64,000 bases of DNA, taken from Eledone cirrhosa (taxonomy: Eukaryota). Position numbers and translations under genes: made by a program. Below are positions 1 through 13,670 of the stretch, in pieces. Position 1 is the first letter of the stretch; each line of letters begins with the position of its first letter. The notes under the pieces were generated by a model. It saw only the letters and a list, made by a program, of their open reading frames with translations, was not told where the DNA came from and ran no database searches. Location of the stretch: positions 32,984,001 through 33,048,000 of the forward strand of contig OZ024742.1 of the NCBI GenBank assembly GCA_964016885.1, read 5' to 3'.

Positions 1-204
1 ATAGATTAAAGTTTAAGCAAAGAATCGCTGCTTTCACCCTTAACGGGATCTTCTGAAACTAAAAAAATCAATCTGTGAATGCAGAAGTAAATATTTCGAA
101 AAACGTTGCAACCGAAGGAAAACAGGAAGATGATACTTTGGTTTGTGAAGACGTCATAATGTCGTAATGCAGACAGATATTATAAGGGTGCAACGTTGTA
201 GCTA

Positions 205-412
205 TGTATCTATCTAAAAAGACAGACTAAGAATGAGAGATCGCTAAATGGCGCCTAATGCGGTCCCTAGGGCATTGAACATTAGAAATATTTTTTGCTT
301 AAAACACTCACAGGACCATAAGTATTACATGTGTAAAGTTTGAAAAAACTCGGTTGGGTGGTTCTCGAGTTTTAGGGAGTCAGACAGACATTCTCTGTTT
401 TAGATATATAGA
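205..412. mobile_element. Small non-autonomous element with imperfect inverted termini (MITE or HINE/DINE-like)
   Basis: Left end ATCTATCTAAAAAGACAGAC..AATG mirrors right end CATTCTCTGTTTTAGATATATAGAT; no coding capacity. Confidence 0.4.
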
Positions 413-448
413 TAAAAACACTTATTTTAAATGTATATATATATATAT

Positions 449-967
449 CTAGGGCGTGTAAAATTCCTGAGATCCATGGACGAGTTCTCTCCAGCGGTCT
501 CTGGATGTCGGTGAGCATCTCCAGCTAACCTCAGTTTCCTCTGTGCTACTTTTGAGCTGATTTTTGGGAGGCTTCCGTACAGCTCTGAGTTCTTCATCCT
601 CTGTGTATACTGAGATTAAGACGAAGTATCTGGTAGAGAATATTAAGAAGCCAGAGAAGAATACTAATATAGGTGGGAAGCCGCTAGAATTGGTTGAGGA
701 CTTCCTGTATCTGGGAGCAAAGATTGGGAATACAGAAGATAATGTGGTTGAGAGGAAGAACAAAGCCTGGGCGGTGTGCCACAGCTTGAGATCGGAGGTG
801 GAAGTCGGACCTTCGTAAAGACCTGAAGATCCGTCTCTTTGTTGCTGTAGTAGAGTCTGCGCTGCTGTACGGGTCTGAGACTTGGACACTGACCAAGAAA
901 CTCACTCAGATGGTGGATGGGTGCTACACGAGAATGCTGAGGATGGCTCTGAACATTTATCAGTATA
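449..967 (-). mobile_element. 5'-inverted (twin-priming-like) fragment of an RTE-like LINE
   Basis: Plus strand 606-967 reads LELVEDFLYLG..LLYGSETWTLTKK..RMLRMALNIYQY. Minus strand 613-449 continues QYTQRMKNSELYGSLPKISSKVAQRKLRLAG and then jumps to RDRWRELVHG*. Confidence 0.75.
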
Positions 968-2364
968 TATAAATATATATATATAGTGGTAAAAAACCAG
1001 GAGGTTATATCCAAAGTTGGCAGACCACTCAGTCCAAAGGACGAGTTTAGTATAGAGTTAGTTCCACAACAAATTAGCAAACAATATTCAAGGACACATG
1101 TTTCAACACGTGTATGGCTGCATCTCACCGTAACCATACATGGGCTGAAAATCCCTCTGGTGAAACACGTGTCCATGAATATGTATTAAGTAGAGAAGAT
1201 TTTCTTGTGCAACCAATGCCCCTTCACACCTCATCCAATCCATGCCAGCATGGAAAGACGTGCACCTTCCACCCACATCTAAAAATAGGGCAACCCCCCT
1301 CTCCCCCACACAATATACTCCATGACCTTGTATCTGCTCTCCCATGGTCAGGTGACTCTCCTTCCCTTGGCAAGCAGAACGTAACATGTCTCCCCTCATC
1401 TCATTCCTACTCCCCGTCCGGCCAACAGACTAGCATTGTAATGAGGTAGTGTTGGTGCCACAATATAATGCACTCAGTTCACTCTCTAAGATGGTGACAA
1501 AAAAAGCATGCAGTCCAACCTACAAGATGGTAGTGCTGATATCCTGATAAAATGTTCCCAGTACAGGCAGTGAAGTTGTTAAGGACATCCAGCTGTAGAA
1601 ACCAAACCAAAAATGGAACATATGAAAAAAATGTGATCACATGATTGGTCTAACTTCAGAAGATAACAATCCATATAACCTATGTAAGCATGGAAAATAG
1701 ATGTTAAATGGTGATGGATGATGATGTTGATGATGATGCTAACGACGACGACGACGACGACGACGACATAGGTAGGTATATACATATGTGTATATGTATA
1801 TATGTGTATATGTATATATGTACATAGGTAGGTATATACATATGTGTATATGTAATGTAAATAAATGTCCCGATCACTTTAATCTTCCTGTTCTGTATAT
1901 TCCAGTTTCTTTTTTGTATTTTCTTAACAAATATATACTCCTGGTTACATGATAGCTAATGAGCACATTAATTAGTTAATGTGTCATAAAATATGTAACT
2001 AAAACTAATTATCTTACTGAATATAGAGATATAATTCTTTATATAAAGGAAATACAATTAAAACCAATTTAACCAGAAGGCATCTGTTGCTACATGAAAC
2101 CAATATAACACAATGGTATATTAGATTAAACAGGAAATATCTCTGACTGTATATTACTTTATTCTTTTATTACTTATTTCAGTCATTAGACTATGGCCGT
2201 GCTAGAGAACCTCCTTCAATGTAAAATTTAGTTGCTCATTTCAACTTCAGTACTTTGTTTTTCAAGTCTGGCATATTTTTTTTATCAATTTTATCAATTG
2301 GTTGAACTGCTAAGTTAAGTAATATAAACAAATAGTAAATGTAGACACAGTCATGGACACACAC

Positions 2365-3920
2365 ACACATACACAAACGTCCCATTTTGCCATGCTTGCA
2401 TGGGTTGGACAGGTCCTGCTCAGAACAGCAGCTCTCCACATGTCACGATCCTTTGTCATCTCCTCTGTGAATCTTAATGATTTGAAGTGAGCTCTCACAA
2501 CCTCTGCCCAGGTCTTTTTTGGTCTACCTCTACGACAACTTCCTTCCACTGGCATTTCCTGCCACTTCTTCACCCAACAGTCATTGTCCACGCGCATCAC
2601 ATGTCCATACTAATGCAGTTTTTTCTCCTGCACACCACCTTTAATTCCTCTTAAACCAAGCATCTCCTTCAACTCCTCAAAGCTCTGCATTTCTCTTACA
2701 CTTACATTATACAACCAACAGAGCATGGTTGCTCCATTTCTCTCCAGTCAATGCACATCCTATGCAATCACAGCCTGTTTCACTACCATGCAGCAAGCAT
2801 CACACTTCACACAGGCATCATACAGTCGTCCTTTTGTACATAGGGAGAAACCATTTGTGGTCAACAGTGGGAGTAGCTCTATGAACTTTTTCCATCCTAT
2901 CCTTATTCTAGCTACTATTCTCTCAGAGCACCCTCCCCCGTTGCTAATTATGTTGTGTAGATAGCCGAAGCTATCAACCACTTCTATGATTGAAATAGGT
3001 TTACATCACTGGTTATCTTTCCCTCTGGTTACTCCTGTGCATCTTCTACAAATAAAGTCCTCCCTTCCTGTTATCCTACTAAATCTCATCTGTACTCAAG
3101 ATTTACATTGTGTACATTATATAAAGTTTATGCCTACTCCCTTTCTATATATTGAGCAGGGCCACTTCTCTGAAGGAATCAGGATCCTATTTTCTCTCCT
3201 ACTCATTAAGGTAAATTTATTCTCAGGCCTTTTGATTCTAAATTCTGTTTCCATAGTCAGAATTTATTTTCTAGATCTTTAATGGATTCAGCTATAAGGA
3301 CCGGATCATCTGCATAGAGAAGTTCCCATGAGTAGCCAGTCTTAAACTCCTGAATAGTACTGGGCTAAGAACCGAACCTTCATAAACTCCTACTTGTACC
3401 TTGAATTCCTCACTCATTTCCTACTCTCATATTGCTGACAGTTCCTCTGTACATGACTTGCACTGCTCTCACCAACCATTCTTCTACACCTAATTTTCTT
3501 GCAGATCACCAGGTAATAGATCGTGGTACTCTGTTAAATGCTTTTTCTAGGTCAATGAAAGCTAGGTACAGTGGCTTATGTTTGGCTAAGAACTTCTCTT
3601 GTAGTTGCCTCACTAAGAAGAGAGCATCTGTAGTACTTTTCCCAGGCATGAAACCAAACTGCATCTCACCTATTTTGACTCTCCCTAATTAGCTGCGCTA
3701 TAATTCTTTCCATCACTTTCATAACTTTGTCCATTAGTTTTATTTCTCTATAGTTGCTCCTTTCTAGAGCATCACCTTTGCCCTTGAAGCAATTTATGAT
3801 TGTACTGCATTGCCTGATTGACTATGAGGGTTACTAGTTTGACTTCTACTTCTCCAATGCTTTTAGCATCTCAGCAACTATCTCTGATGGTCCTGCAGCT
3901 TTACCATTTTTCATTTCTTT
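2365..3920 (-). mobile_element. Decayed RTE LINE (RT to C-terminus)
   Basis: Broken frames match the 955-aa RTE ORF (FGFMPGKSTTDA, DSFGYL..GGGCSE, GRPKKTWAEVV). Confidence 0.9.
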
Positions 3921-5719
3921 GAAATAAATGTGCATATATTCATTTTATTAAGGCTAAAAAATAGTGAGTCTTGTTACTCTGGAGTTTCACCTGCTTTTCA
4001 CAGTGTCACCAGACAATTACCTACAATTATTATCAGGTTGTATCAGACATTGCCTTTTCCTTGTACAACATCAGTGGCATGGAGAAAGGAGACCAGTATG
4101 CATGGTCTTCCACAAAGCAGCCTTATCCAGTCTTGTGTCTCAGAGGAGAACTTTCTAGGTGCAAATCCCATAGTCATTCGTAAATAAATAATATCAAAAT
4201 CTCACAGATGCGATATTATGTGAGATAAGTATGTCAGTTGTTACCGTGAAAACATAATAGTAAATATTAGAGTGATGTAAATGCCAAAGGGTTAAGGAAC
4301 AGTTCCTACTTAACTAAACACAAGTATGCATGCTTAGATGGGTGGTTTGTGTGCACAGATGTAAATGTATATGTATCTGTATGTCTGCTTATATAAGTAC
4401 AATTAGGAGAGAGCAGACTAAAAGAATGACAAGCAAAGATTTAAATGAAATTAAATAAAGTGGTAAAGAAAATGAATTAAAAAACAACCTTAACTTTTTT
4501 GAGAGATCCTCTTAAAAGTATCCTTGCAGATGATAAAACCCTTGAACTACCATTGAAGTATTTCCCTAAAGTAATCAATACATATCACTGATGAAGTGTT
4601 TTAGGTATGCAGAGAAGAACACACCCAGTTATTACAACCCTACCTTTATACAGAAATCAATCTCTCAAATATGTTGAGTGCTTATTGAACAGTGTCTAAG
4701 ACTGTTATTAAACCATTAAATTATTAGTCAAGACTGTTATCACTATAGGACTATTGTTGAATTGGTAGCTAAGGCTGTTATCTTTTTACCGGATATGGCT
4801 GGTTTAAATGCTAAAGGGTTAATTGTTCTCGTGTTTTTGTTTTTCATATTACATTAATAGGGGAAAGTCGGGAAGATGATTTATTAATTCAACTAGCTGT
4901 TATATAAATGTGTGTGCACATACTTTGTAGAAACATGCACCTCTCCCCCCTCTCTCTCTCTCTGAGATTAAGGAGTTTGCTTTGCAATCACATGGTTATG
5001 GGTTCAGTCTGACTATGTGGTATCTTGAACAAGATAACAGCCATATCCAGCCAGAATTCTCTCACCTCTTTCTGTTCAAACTGGCTGTAATCAGCTGCTC
5101 ATACTGATGTTAAGGTATTGTTCTCAAAATTAATAATATCAAAATCCCATAGCTTCAATATTATGTGAGATAATTATGTAAGGTAAAGCCTTTACCAGGA
5201 AAATACAATAGTATATATAGAGTAATGTAAATTCTAAAGGGTTTAAAGTCTTTTTTTTTCATAGATGAAAAAGTCTTTTGAGATTATCATGAGGTAATTG
5301 TGTACTTCATCTGAAAAATGATGTTTTTGTTGTTGTTTATCCATTGGTTAATACTAATCAAACATACCAATGAATACAGCTGTCTTTTTGTCTATCAGAG
5401 ACTAAATTGTGTAATGCATGCTTTTGTGCTTCAAGATAGTGAGCATGATTTGAGTCAGACTTGGCTACTATTTCCAGCACTGCAATGGAGGCACTCCATG
5501 TGTTACAATGATGATTATTCCAGTTGATCCGATCAACGGAACAGCCTGCTCATGAAATTAACATGCAAGTGGCTGAGCATTCCATAGACATGCATTCTCT
5601 TTACGTAGTTCTCAGGGAGATTCAGTGTGACTCAGTGCGTGACATGGCTGGTCCTTCGAACTACAGGTAGTTAATGACCTCAGTCAGGGCTAGACATACT
5701 CAACAACAGAGGACAACCT

Positions 5720-7420
5720 TGAGGAGAGAAGAATGTGGAAGTTGAAGGACCCCTCAACCAGTAACAAATTTAAAGGTATATTACTTGATACTTTTGACAG
5801 TAAGGAAGAGCAATTTGAGACATACAATATAGAGGAACAGTGAGAATTCTTGAAAGTTAATCTGCTGAAGGCGACAGATGAAATCTGTGGCTGGAGCAGA
5901 ACTTTAGGGAGGAGGAGAATTACTTAATGGTGGAACAGTAGGGTGGAGGAGACAATCAAGGCCAAAAGGCAGGCTTGGAAAGAATGGCAGGATGGGGGAA
6001 GTAGAGATCACTCTCCGGTGGCTAGGAGAGAAGCTAGACGACAAGTGTACTTTGCAAGAAGGGAAGCAGAGGATAGAAAATTTAAGCATGTTCTACAACG
6101 TGAGGTGTTGAGGATTGCAAGACAATGTGTCAAGCAAAATTGTGATATTGTCGGGGAGAAGTGTGTTCGTAATGATGATGGTGTACTTGTCTTCACTGAT
6201 ACTGATAAAATGGTAGCTTGGAAGTGTCATTACAAGAGACTACTAAATGAGGAGAATAAATGGGATAAAGATAGTCTGCTCCAAGTTGATCCAACAGGGG
6301 GACCAGCTGTGCAAGATAGTGGTAGTATAGTAAGTAAAGCAATCAAAGATATGAAGACAGGCAAGGCAGCTGGGCCTTCGGAGATAGTTGCTGAAATTTT
6401 GAAAGCATCTGGAATGGTGGGACATACTATGGTCACCTGGATAGTTAACCAAGTAATACAGAATGGGGTCATACCAAATGACTGGCATAGCAGCAGCATT
6501 GTTAACTGCTACAAGGGCAAAGGAGTTGCTCTAGATAGAGGAAACTATAGAGGCATTAAGTTAGTTTTCCAGGTCATGAAGGCCACAGAAAGAGTTATTG
6601 CACAGCTAATTAGGGACTAAATAATCTAGATGAAATGCAGTTTGGGTTTGTGCCAGGTAAAAGTACGGGTGCTCTCTTCCTTGTACGGCAATTACAGAAG
6701 TACCTAGCTAAAAGTAAACCCCTCTACTTAGCTTTTGTTGACTTGGAGAAAGCCTTTGACAGAGTCCCTCACTCCATTATCTGGTGGGCCCTTAAAAATC
6801 TAGGAGTAGATGAATGACTTGTGAAAGCTATACAAGCTATGTATAGAGGAACTGTCAGCAAGGTTAGAATTAACAACGAATATAGTGAAGAGTTTAGCGT
6901 AAAAGTAGGTGTTCACCAAGGCTCCGTCCTTAACCCCCTCTTATCTATTATTGCCCTACAGGCTATAACAGAAGAGTTTAAGACTGGCTGCCCATGGGAA
7001 CTTCTATATGCAGATGATCTAACTCTCATAGCTGAATCTATGGCTGAACTAGAGAAGAAGTTCCAAACATGCAAGCATGGCCTAGAACCAAAAGGCCTTA
7101 AAGTTAACTTGTCTAAGACTAAAGTTTTAGTATGTAGAAAGGAAAATAGGGTACAGGTGCCCTCTGGGAAATAGCCATGCTCAGTGTGTAAGAACGGAGA
7201 AGGTAGAAATTCCATTCTATGTCCCAAATGCAAGCTATGTGTATTTAAAATATGTAGTGAGATCACAGGCAAGCTATCAAAGAATGTAGGTTTTATATGT
7301 GGCCAATGCTCAGGTGCAGTAAGTAGCAAGTGCCCACTGGATACTAGCTCCTTCAACTGCCCAGATGGTTTTATAGAAATAGTAGATACTTTCCATTACC
7401 TGGGAGACAAAATCAGCAGT
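5720..7420 (+). mobile_element. Decayed RTE LINE (same family as 54393-57260)
   Basis: ORFs 5943-6620, 6635-6817, 6821-7174 and 7184-7435 carry [25 protein letters not shown] and YADD, with in-frame stops. Confidence 0.93.
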
Positions 7421-8480
7421 GTTACTTGTACTTGATTGGTTTGATGCCGAGTGCTGCATGGCTGGAATGAAAATCAGTGCTACAAAAACTGAGACACTCG
7501 TCCTCTCAAGGAAGCCTGCACAGTGCACTCTACATGTGAATGGAGTCCACTGAAGCAGGTAGAGAAGTTAAAGTATCTCAGGGCCACATTCACAAGTGAT
7601 GGAAAGCAGGAGGCTGAATTACGTGCCAGAATTGCAGGAGTTGGTGCAGTAATGTGCCAGCATTCAGCATTCGGTAATCAGAAGAAGGGAGATAGCCAAA
7701 CTCGCTGTCTTCAATTTGGTATAATAATAATAATGAAATATTGTGTACAGTGCTCAGGTGCACTACAACTCATCAAAAAGTGTATGTATAGTAGATAGGG
7801 TAATGTACAAACGTCAGGAAAATGAACAGTGCATGAGTCATGATATACACGTGTGCATGTGTATGGAAGGGGTACATCAGGTGTAGTTTTGGCGTATTTC
7901 GAGAAGCATGAGGGTTTTAAAGGATGCAGTGTCTCGGCAGCTAACAACTAACGCAGGCAGTTTGTTCCATGCTTCAGCAACTCTGAGCGTGAAAAAATGT
8001 TTACGAAAGTCATGGGAGCTGTGCTGTTTTCTGATTTTGTAGGCATGTCCACGTGTGTTAAACACATGGAGATCAAAAAGGTGCTCAGGGTTGTTGTTGG
8101 CGAGATGGTTAATAACTTTGTGGGTGTTTACCAAGTCCATTGCCAGACGCCGGAGCTTCAATGAATCCATGCCCAGGGAAGCAAGGCGTTCATAGTATGG
8201 TAGGTGTCTGATGGAGGGTATGTGCTTGGTTGCACGTCTCGTATTAGTGCCAACACTTACCTATGGTCATGAATCTTGGGTAATGACCGAAAGAATACGA
8301 TCGCGAATACAAGTAGCTGAAATGGGATTCTTCCGAAGGGTCTTTCGAGTAACGTTACTCGGAGATCAGAGTCACTCCAGGTAGAGTTGCTACTTCTCCG
8401 AATTGAGAGATCACAGCTCCAATATTATGGGCATGTGGTTAGAATGTCCCAGGAAAGAATCACTGGACAAATTTTACGGG
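7420..8480 (+). mobile_element. Second RTE-clade LINE remnant, split by a CR1-like insertion
   Basis: QVEKLKYL..FTSDGKQE before the insertion. FNLV|LVPTLTYGHESW rejoins across 7721-8240. Confidence 0.7.
7721..8240 (-). mobile_element. 5'-truncated CR1/jockey-group LINE 3' end with (TTA)n tail
   Basis: TRGHAYKIRKQH..HFFTLRVAEAWNKLP; same 3' UTR as 44898-45100; possible GTAT duplication at the junctions. Confidence 0.85.
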
Positions 8481-8594
8481 GAGTGGAGGAGAAATTACGA
8501 ACACAACAAATACCAACAATTCTGGTTTAATATATTATCTTTACTTCACTTCAACAAAAAGAAAAAAAATATGATTACTTCGAATCGTAAATAT

Positions 8595-8775
8595 AATTGT
8601 TTCTACTTTTGGCACAAGGCCAGCAATCACTCAGTACATTACTGGTACTTTATTTTATCGACCCCGTAAGGATGAAAGGCAAAGTTAACCTTGGCGGGAT
8701 TTGAACTCAGAATGGCAAGGGTCGTAACTCTATGAGTCAAAGCATGACGTCCGACCCGCTACCGATACTGCCATA
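8595..8775 (-). mobile_element. tRNA-derived SINE with Nin/Deu-type central domain
   Basis: B-box GAGTTCAAATCCC, then GCCTTTCATCCTTACGGGGTCGATAAAATAAAGTACCAG, then an (ATT)-rich tail; more than 15 copies or fragments in the window. Confidence 0.85.
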
Positions 8776-9250
8776 ATGTTTGATTATAGTGTTCACAAAT
8801 TAATAGTGTTCGGTAAAGCTTCAGTCTTGTGCATGAATCTTTTATTTACCATGGGTTTTTTACCTTAAAAGAAAAGTGACAAGTTATGTGTGTGTGTGTG
8901 TGTGGGGGGGGATCTTGTGGGTGTAGCAGTAAACTGTTATATATATATACATACAGGGTGTGTTGTACAGGCGAAAAGGCAGTGGAGTGAGTGATGTTAG
9001 GGTCACACGATAGCCTATTTTACTGATAAATAACAGATGGCCCTAGAAAATGTTCTTCATACAACTGTCGCCGTGAATCCTTCCATCGGGAAATCTTATC
9101 TATTGTCTTCCCTGCGAGGTAACAGGTCACTCACTTGGTAGCCATATCCGTAATGGAAAAGAAAACACCGCGCAAAAAACCATTTATTTCGCTATATGTA
9201 TATATTTATGTATTTATGTATATATTTATGTATGTACGTATGTATTCATG

Positions 9251-11301
9251 TGTAGCGGTTGTCTCCCTTGTTTTGATTAGGATCTAGACGGGAAGTGGAA
9301 CCCTTTCTGCAACTTCCGGTCAGAGCCCTATAAAACTAACAACTTTAAGCTTCCTTTCTCTCTTTGCCTTTTCGGCACCAGGTCAAGAGTCTTCTCATTT
9401 GGCTCTGCCATTAATTTGGCCAACAGGCGCCTGGCCTTAGCCAGGCGCCCTCTGCCAGCCTCGTTTGCCTGGCAATCAAAACGGTAACTACTAACTTTGT
9501 TTCATTCTAACATCTATCTTTGACATGTCAAGTATTCTATCTACCGTTAATTAAATATTATACACACAAACCATGTCTCGTTTTGTTACACTCATACAAC
9601 TCAGTACTCTCGCTATATTGGTGACCCTGACGTGATACGAACACGCAGCCGTTCATCGCTATAAGGGTCACCCCCCCAAAAAAGAAAAAAATAGCACATC
9701 TGGTTTTGTGAGTAACATTACGAATACACAGCAAATTTAGCGACAAACTATGAAAATACTCAAGGACACGCACACACGCACATGTGGAATTCGCACAGAC
9801 ATACTTTTTCTCTCACGCATCAATTAACTGTCGCATTTCACCAATATATATATATATATATGTTTCTCGTTTCTTACAACGAACACTTTCAAAACAAAAA
9901 AAAACATTTCACGATATATATATATGTTTCTCGTTTCTTACAACGAACTCTTTCAGAACACAAAAAAAAAAGAAATTTGATATTCTTTAAAAAACATTTC
10001 AACAGGAACATTTATTTTCGATGAACCATTGCCTTTTGTTCATCGTTCTAGTTTTTTGTTTTTTTCCAGAGTTCACACCAATAATTATGCTGAGTGAAGC
10101 CTTTCTTTTTCATCATTGTCACTTTCAAAATTGCACTATCATTTTCTCGCGCGTTAGAAATATTTTTTTTTCAACCTTGTATTGGCACGTGTAGGCAGCA
10201 TAAATTCTCGATTCACTGAGATGTCTCTACTCACAGACAGCCGCACGCCATTTATCACCAGGGATTCTTCAGCCTTAAGCTATATTCTTCTATTTGCCGG
10301 TTTATAAATTTACAATGTAAATTTACCGTTGATAACCGCGCATTTATTAAGAATGCTTATTTCTCTGGTCGCTGGCCTCTTGACCCTTCCAGGTCAACGC
10401 ATTCTCAACATCGACCATCAACTTCGGCTGCTATTTCTAGCACTTTGCGCAACTCATTTTTTCTAAAAAAATTTTTTTTACTGTGAATTTAAACACCGAA
10501 TACGCTCACTCAGCGAGACAACAGCAGCAGCAACAGCAATACATCAATACAGCTTCACCAAAGCCAGAGAATTCATTTTTGCAGCACTCTTCCTGTGAGA
10601 AAATCCATTCGGAGGTTGGAAATTTCACGATATACCACAGAACAGAAACCACCTGCATTCATTCTCTGGAACATACTTTCTTTCCTGCTGTCATGTGATT
10701 GCACACCTGTGAACTATATTTTGAACTTTGAGCTCTTCTATTACTTTTACTTTATTACATTGTATCTTTGGGTGATGGATAGATGGATGTCCAGTCGTTC
10801 TCTGGCCAAGAGCGGTTGGCTACCTTGATATCTATCATTGATTTTTCCAAACATTCTTTTGTCGTAATTTTCATGCCTGTTACAACATTCTCGCCAACTT
10901 GCTACATATTTTCATTTCGATTTTTATACACTAAAATTCTGGCGGGAGGTTATGTAGCGGTTGTCTCCCTTGTTTTGATTAGGATCTAGACGGGAAGTGG
11001 AACCCTTTCTGCAACTTCCGGTCAGAGCCCTATAAAACTAACAACTTTAAGCTTCCTTTCTCTCTTTGCCTTTTCGGCACCAGGTCAAGAGTCTTCTCAT
11101 TTGGCTCTGCCATTAATTTGGCCAACAGGCGCCCTCTGCCAGCCGCGTTTGCCTGGCAATCAAAACGGTAACTACTAACTTTGTTTCATTCTAACATCTA
11201 TCTTTGACATGTCAAGTATACTATCTACCGTTAATTAAATATTATACACACAAACCATGTCTCGTTTTGTTACATTCATACAACCCAGTATCCTCGCTAT
11301 A
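9251..11301 (+). mobile_element. Complete non-autonomous LTR retroelement
   Basis: LTRs at 9251-9617 and 10953-11301 (TGTAGCG...CGCTATA). PBS TGGTGACCCTGACGTGAT at 9619-9636 is complementary to the tRNA-Trp 3' end. Purine-rich tract before the 3' LTR; 4-bp TSD CATG at 9247-9250 and 11302-11305; no gag/pol ORF. Confidence 0.9.
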
Positions 11302-11308
11302 CATGTGT

Positions 11309-11830
11309 CTAATCCAGCAAGACGATTACCAAGTTCCTCCTATGTCGCCACACCTCTAACATCACAGTTTTGTTAATCAGGAGCTGCTCAACAAATCCCC
11401 AAATCCTTTTCTTTCCAACTGTTTGTTCATCTGTGATGATATTGTTATTGTCACAGTATTCCAGGAGGAATAGGTTCAGATAAGCTGTATACATTTTATA
11501 GATAAAATTCTGGCATGCAATCAGTTAGTAGTCTTTTGCCAAGTGAGTTTTTGGGGAGATAGGGTTAGGACCAATTTTGTACCTGCAAATTCCAACAAGC
11601 TTGGTGTATGTATATCTCCGTTAAGGGCTTGCTGATAGAGATTGATAAGATACATTCAAAGCAAGTCAATTTCTTGGACCAGTAACCAACAACCAAGTCT
11701 CTTCCTGGTGCTTTCTTATCCTGAAGATGTTCTGTCAGTCTCCAGTGTATCCACATTGTGGTTGCATGTTTTTGGTGTAACTCAAGAACAATACTTCATT
11801 TGAGCTTCTAATTACACTGCCGCCACCGCC
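11309..11830 (-). mobile_element. Fragment of an RLE-type (R4/Dong/NeSL-like) non-LTR reverse transcriptase
   Basis: KAPGRDLVVGYWSKKL and EQTVGKKRIWGFVEQLLINKTVMLEV..RNLVIVLLD resemble early RT motifs of R4-like elements; frameshifted. Confidence 0.65.
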
Positions 11831-11894
11831 TTCTTTTCCTCACATTATATTTTTCTCCAGAATGTATGTACATGCATGTTTGTATGTATGTACG

Positions 11895-11935
<41 letters not shown>

Positions 11936-12385
11936 ATCTATCTATGAATGTATGTATGTATGTATGCATATATGTATGTGTGTGTATGTAGTGTGCGTGT
12001 GGATGTATGTATAGATGGATGGATGTACATATAAACGTATGTATGTATATTAGGAAATATTCAGGTTTTAACTCTGATATATTCTTATTACTGTTGCCTG
12101 TGTGTGTGTGTGTGTTTGTGTCTAAATCAAGGAGTTCTAAAACACTGAATAAAATCGAAATCTTTGGGGTTTTTTAAAAGCATCAGCTATGTTTAAAGTA
12201 ACAGGAAATAAAACTATGGGACGATTGTTTGAATAATTACAGTCACAATTCTAAAAGAACTGTGGGCAATTTGTAATGTTATTTATGTATATATTTAAAA
12301 CTTAATACAATCATTGATAGATATACCTGTAAAAAAAAATCCTCAGTTGAAGCAAATGTTTCGACCAATTTTCCTTCTGGTTTGT

Positions 12386-12874
12386 TTAAGGCAAGTTTAT
12401 AAATTCCGCCAGTGTTATTAAAGCCGATTCTATAAATTCCATCGGATTTATATCAAACACAGGGAAAGATATTAATGTAAAATCATCAGGTGTATTTAAC
12501 AGTTGCGGTGAGGCCGCATACATTCTGGATTGGAAACTAAGCCCTTCTCGTGTTTTACCTCTTACATATATACTTTCACCATCATTTTTTGTCGTAAATT
12601 TTCCTTTGTCAGCGTTTTTAGTTAATTTCACCTTAATCTTCATGTCCGGCTTAGACCGTTGTTGAACCGCTTTGAATACATAAAGTCTCCTATTGTCTAA
12701 ACTGTAGTATTTTCCATCTCTTGAGAAAACTTTGATCTTGGGAAAGGAGTCGGGTGTGATTTCCCCATTAATAATATCCAAAATAACATCTATATTTCTC
12801 CCATTTGTGAAATATTGGGAGATAGAATCTTGACTAAAGCGGATATTACTCGGAGACAGTTCGATGATGCTCAT
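12386..12874 (-). CDS. Intronless uncharacterised protein with ParB/sulfiredoxin-like fold
   Basis: Clean 162-aa ORF with IRFSQDSIS..F..G, FPKIKV..DGKYYSLDNRRLYVFK (cf. ParB/Srx DGHxR motif) and FTTKNDG; not repeat-derived. Confidence 0.65.
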   Translation of the reverse strand: MSIIELSPSNIRFSQDSISQYFTNGRNIDVILDIINGEITPDSFPKIKVFSRDGKYYSLDNRRLYVFKAVQQRSKPDMKIKVKLTKNADKGKFTTKNDGESIYVRGKTREGLSFQSRMYAASPQLLNTPDDFTLISFPVFDINPMEFIESALITLAEFINLP

Positions 12875-12955
12875 GGTGTATGTATTAAATTAGAAATAAT
12901 TATGGTGCGAGTTTTAGTACAGTAGGTGTTGCAAAGTCGGTACAGACGTATATAT

Positions 12956-12999
<44 letters not shown>

Positions 13000-13066
13000 T
13001 TATCTACCGTGTTTCTCGGAAAAAAACTATTTTATTTTCGGTTTCTTCTTAAGTCTATACCGTAGT

Positions 13067-13170
<104 letters not shown>

Positions 13171-13280
13171 AAGGTTTACATATATATATCTATATAAAGT
13201 CATAGATATATATGTGTTTTGCAACGGGTCACTTTGTGGCTCAATGAAGAATTAATAAATTAAATAATCAGAGCTATATA

Positions 13281-13500
13281 TCATAAAACATGTCTATAGA
13301 ATCACTAGATAAAATATATACCGTTTCCTCTCCCAATTAGCATAATTAACCATATACAAATCAATTAGACCAAGTTATAAGAATAAAGGCGCCTTTATCC
13401 TTATAACTTGGTCTAATTGATTTGTATATGGTTAATTATGCTAATTGGGAGAGGAAACGGTATATATTTTATCTAGTGATTCTATAGACATGTTTTATAA
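13281..13500. repeat. Near-perfect ~220-bp palindrome in (TA)n
   Basis: Arms of about 108 bp centred on AAGGC|GCCTT at 13390/13391. Confidence 0.9.
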
Positions 13501-13670
13501 TATATATATATATATATGATATTAATAAATGGAAACTATATTTATAAAACCATATGTATTCTATTATATATATTTCAAGGGTATCAAAACGGTTCAAGTT
13601 TTTCCTGGAAAAACTTGAAGTGTTAATATTTATTAACATGGATATGTCAATATTTATAAAACAAACTTTG

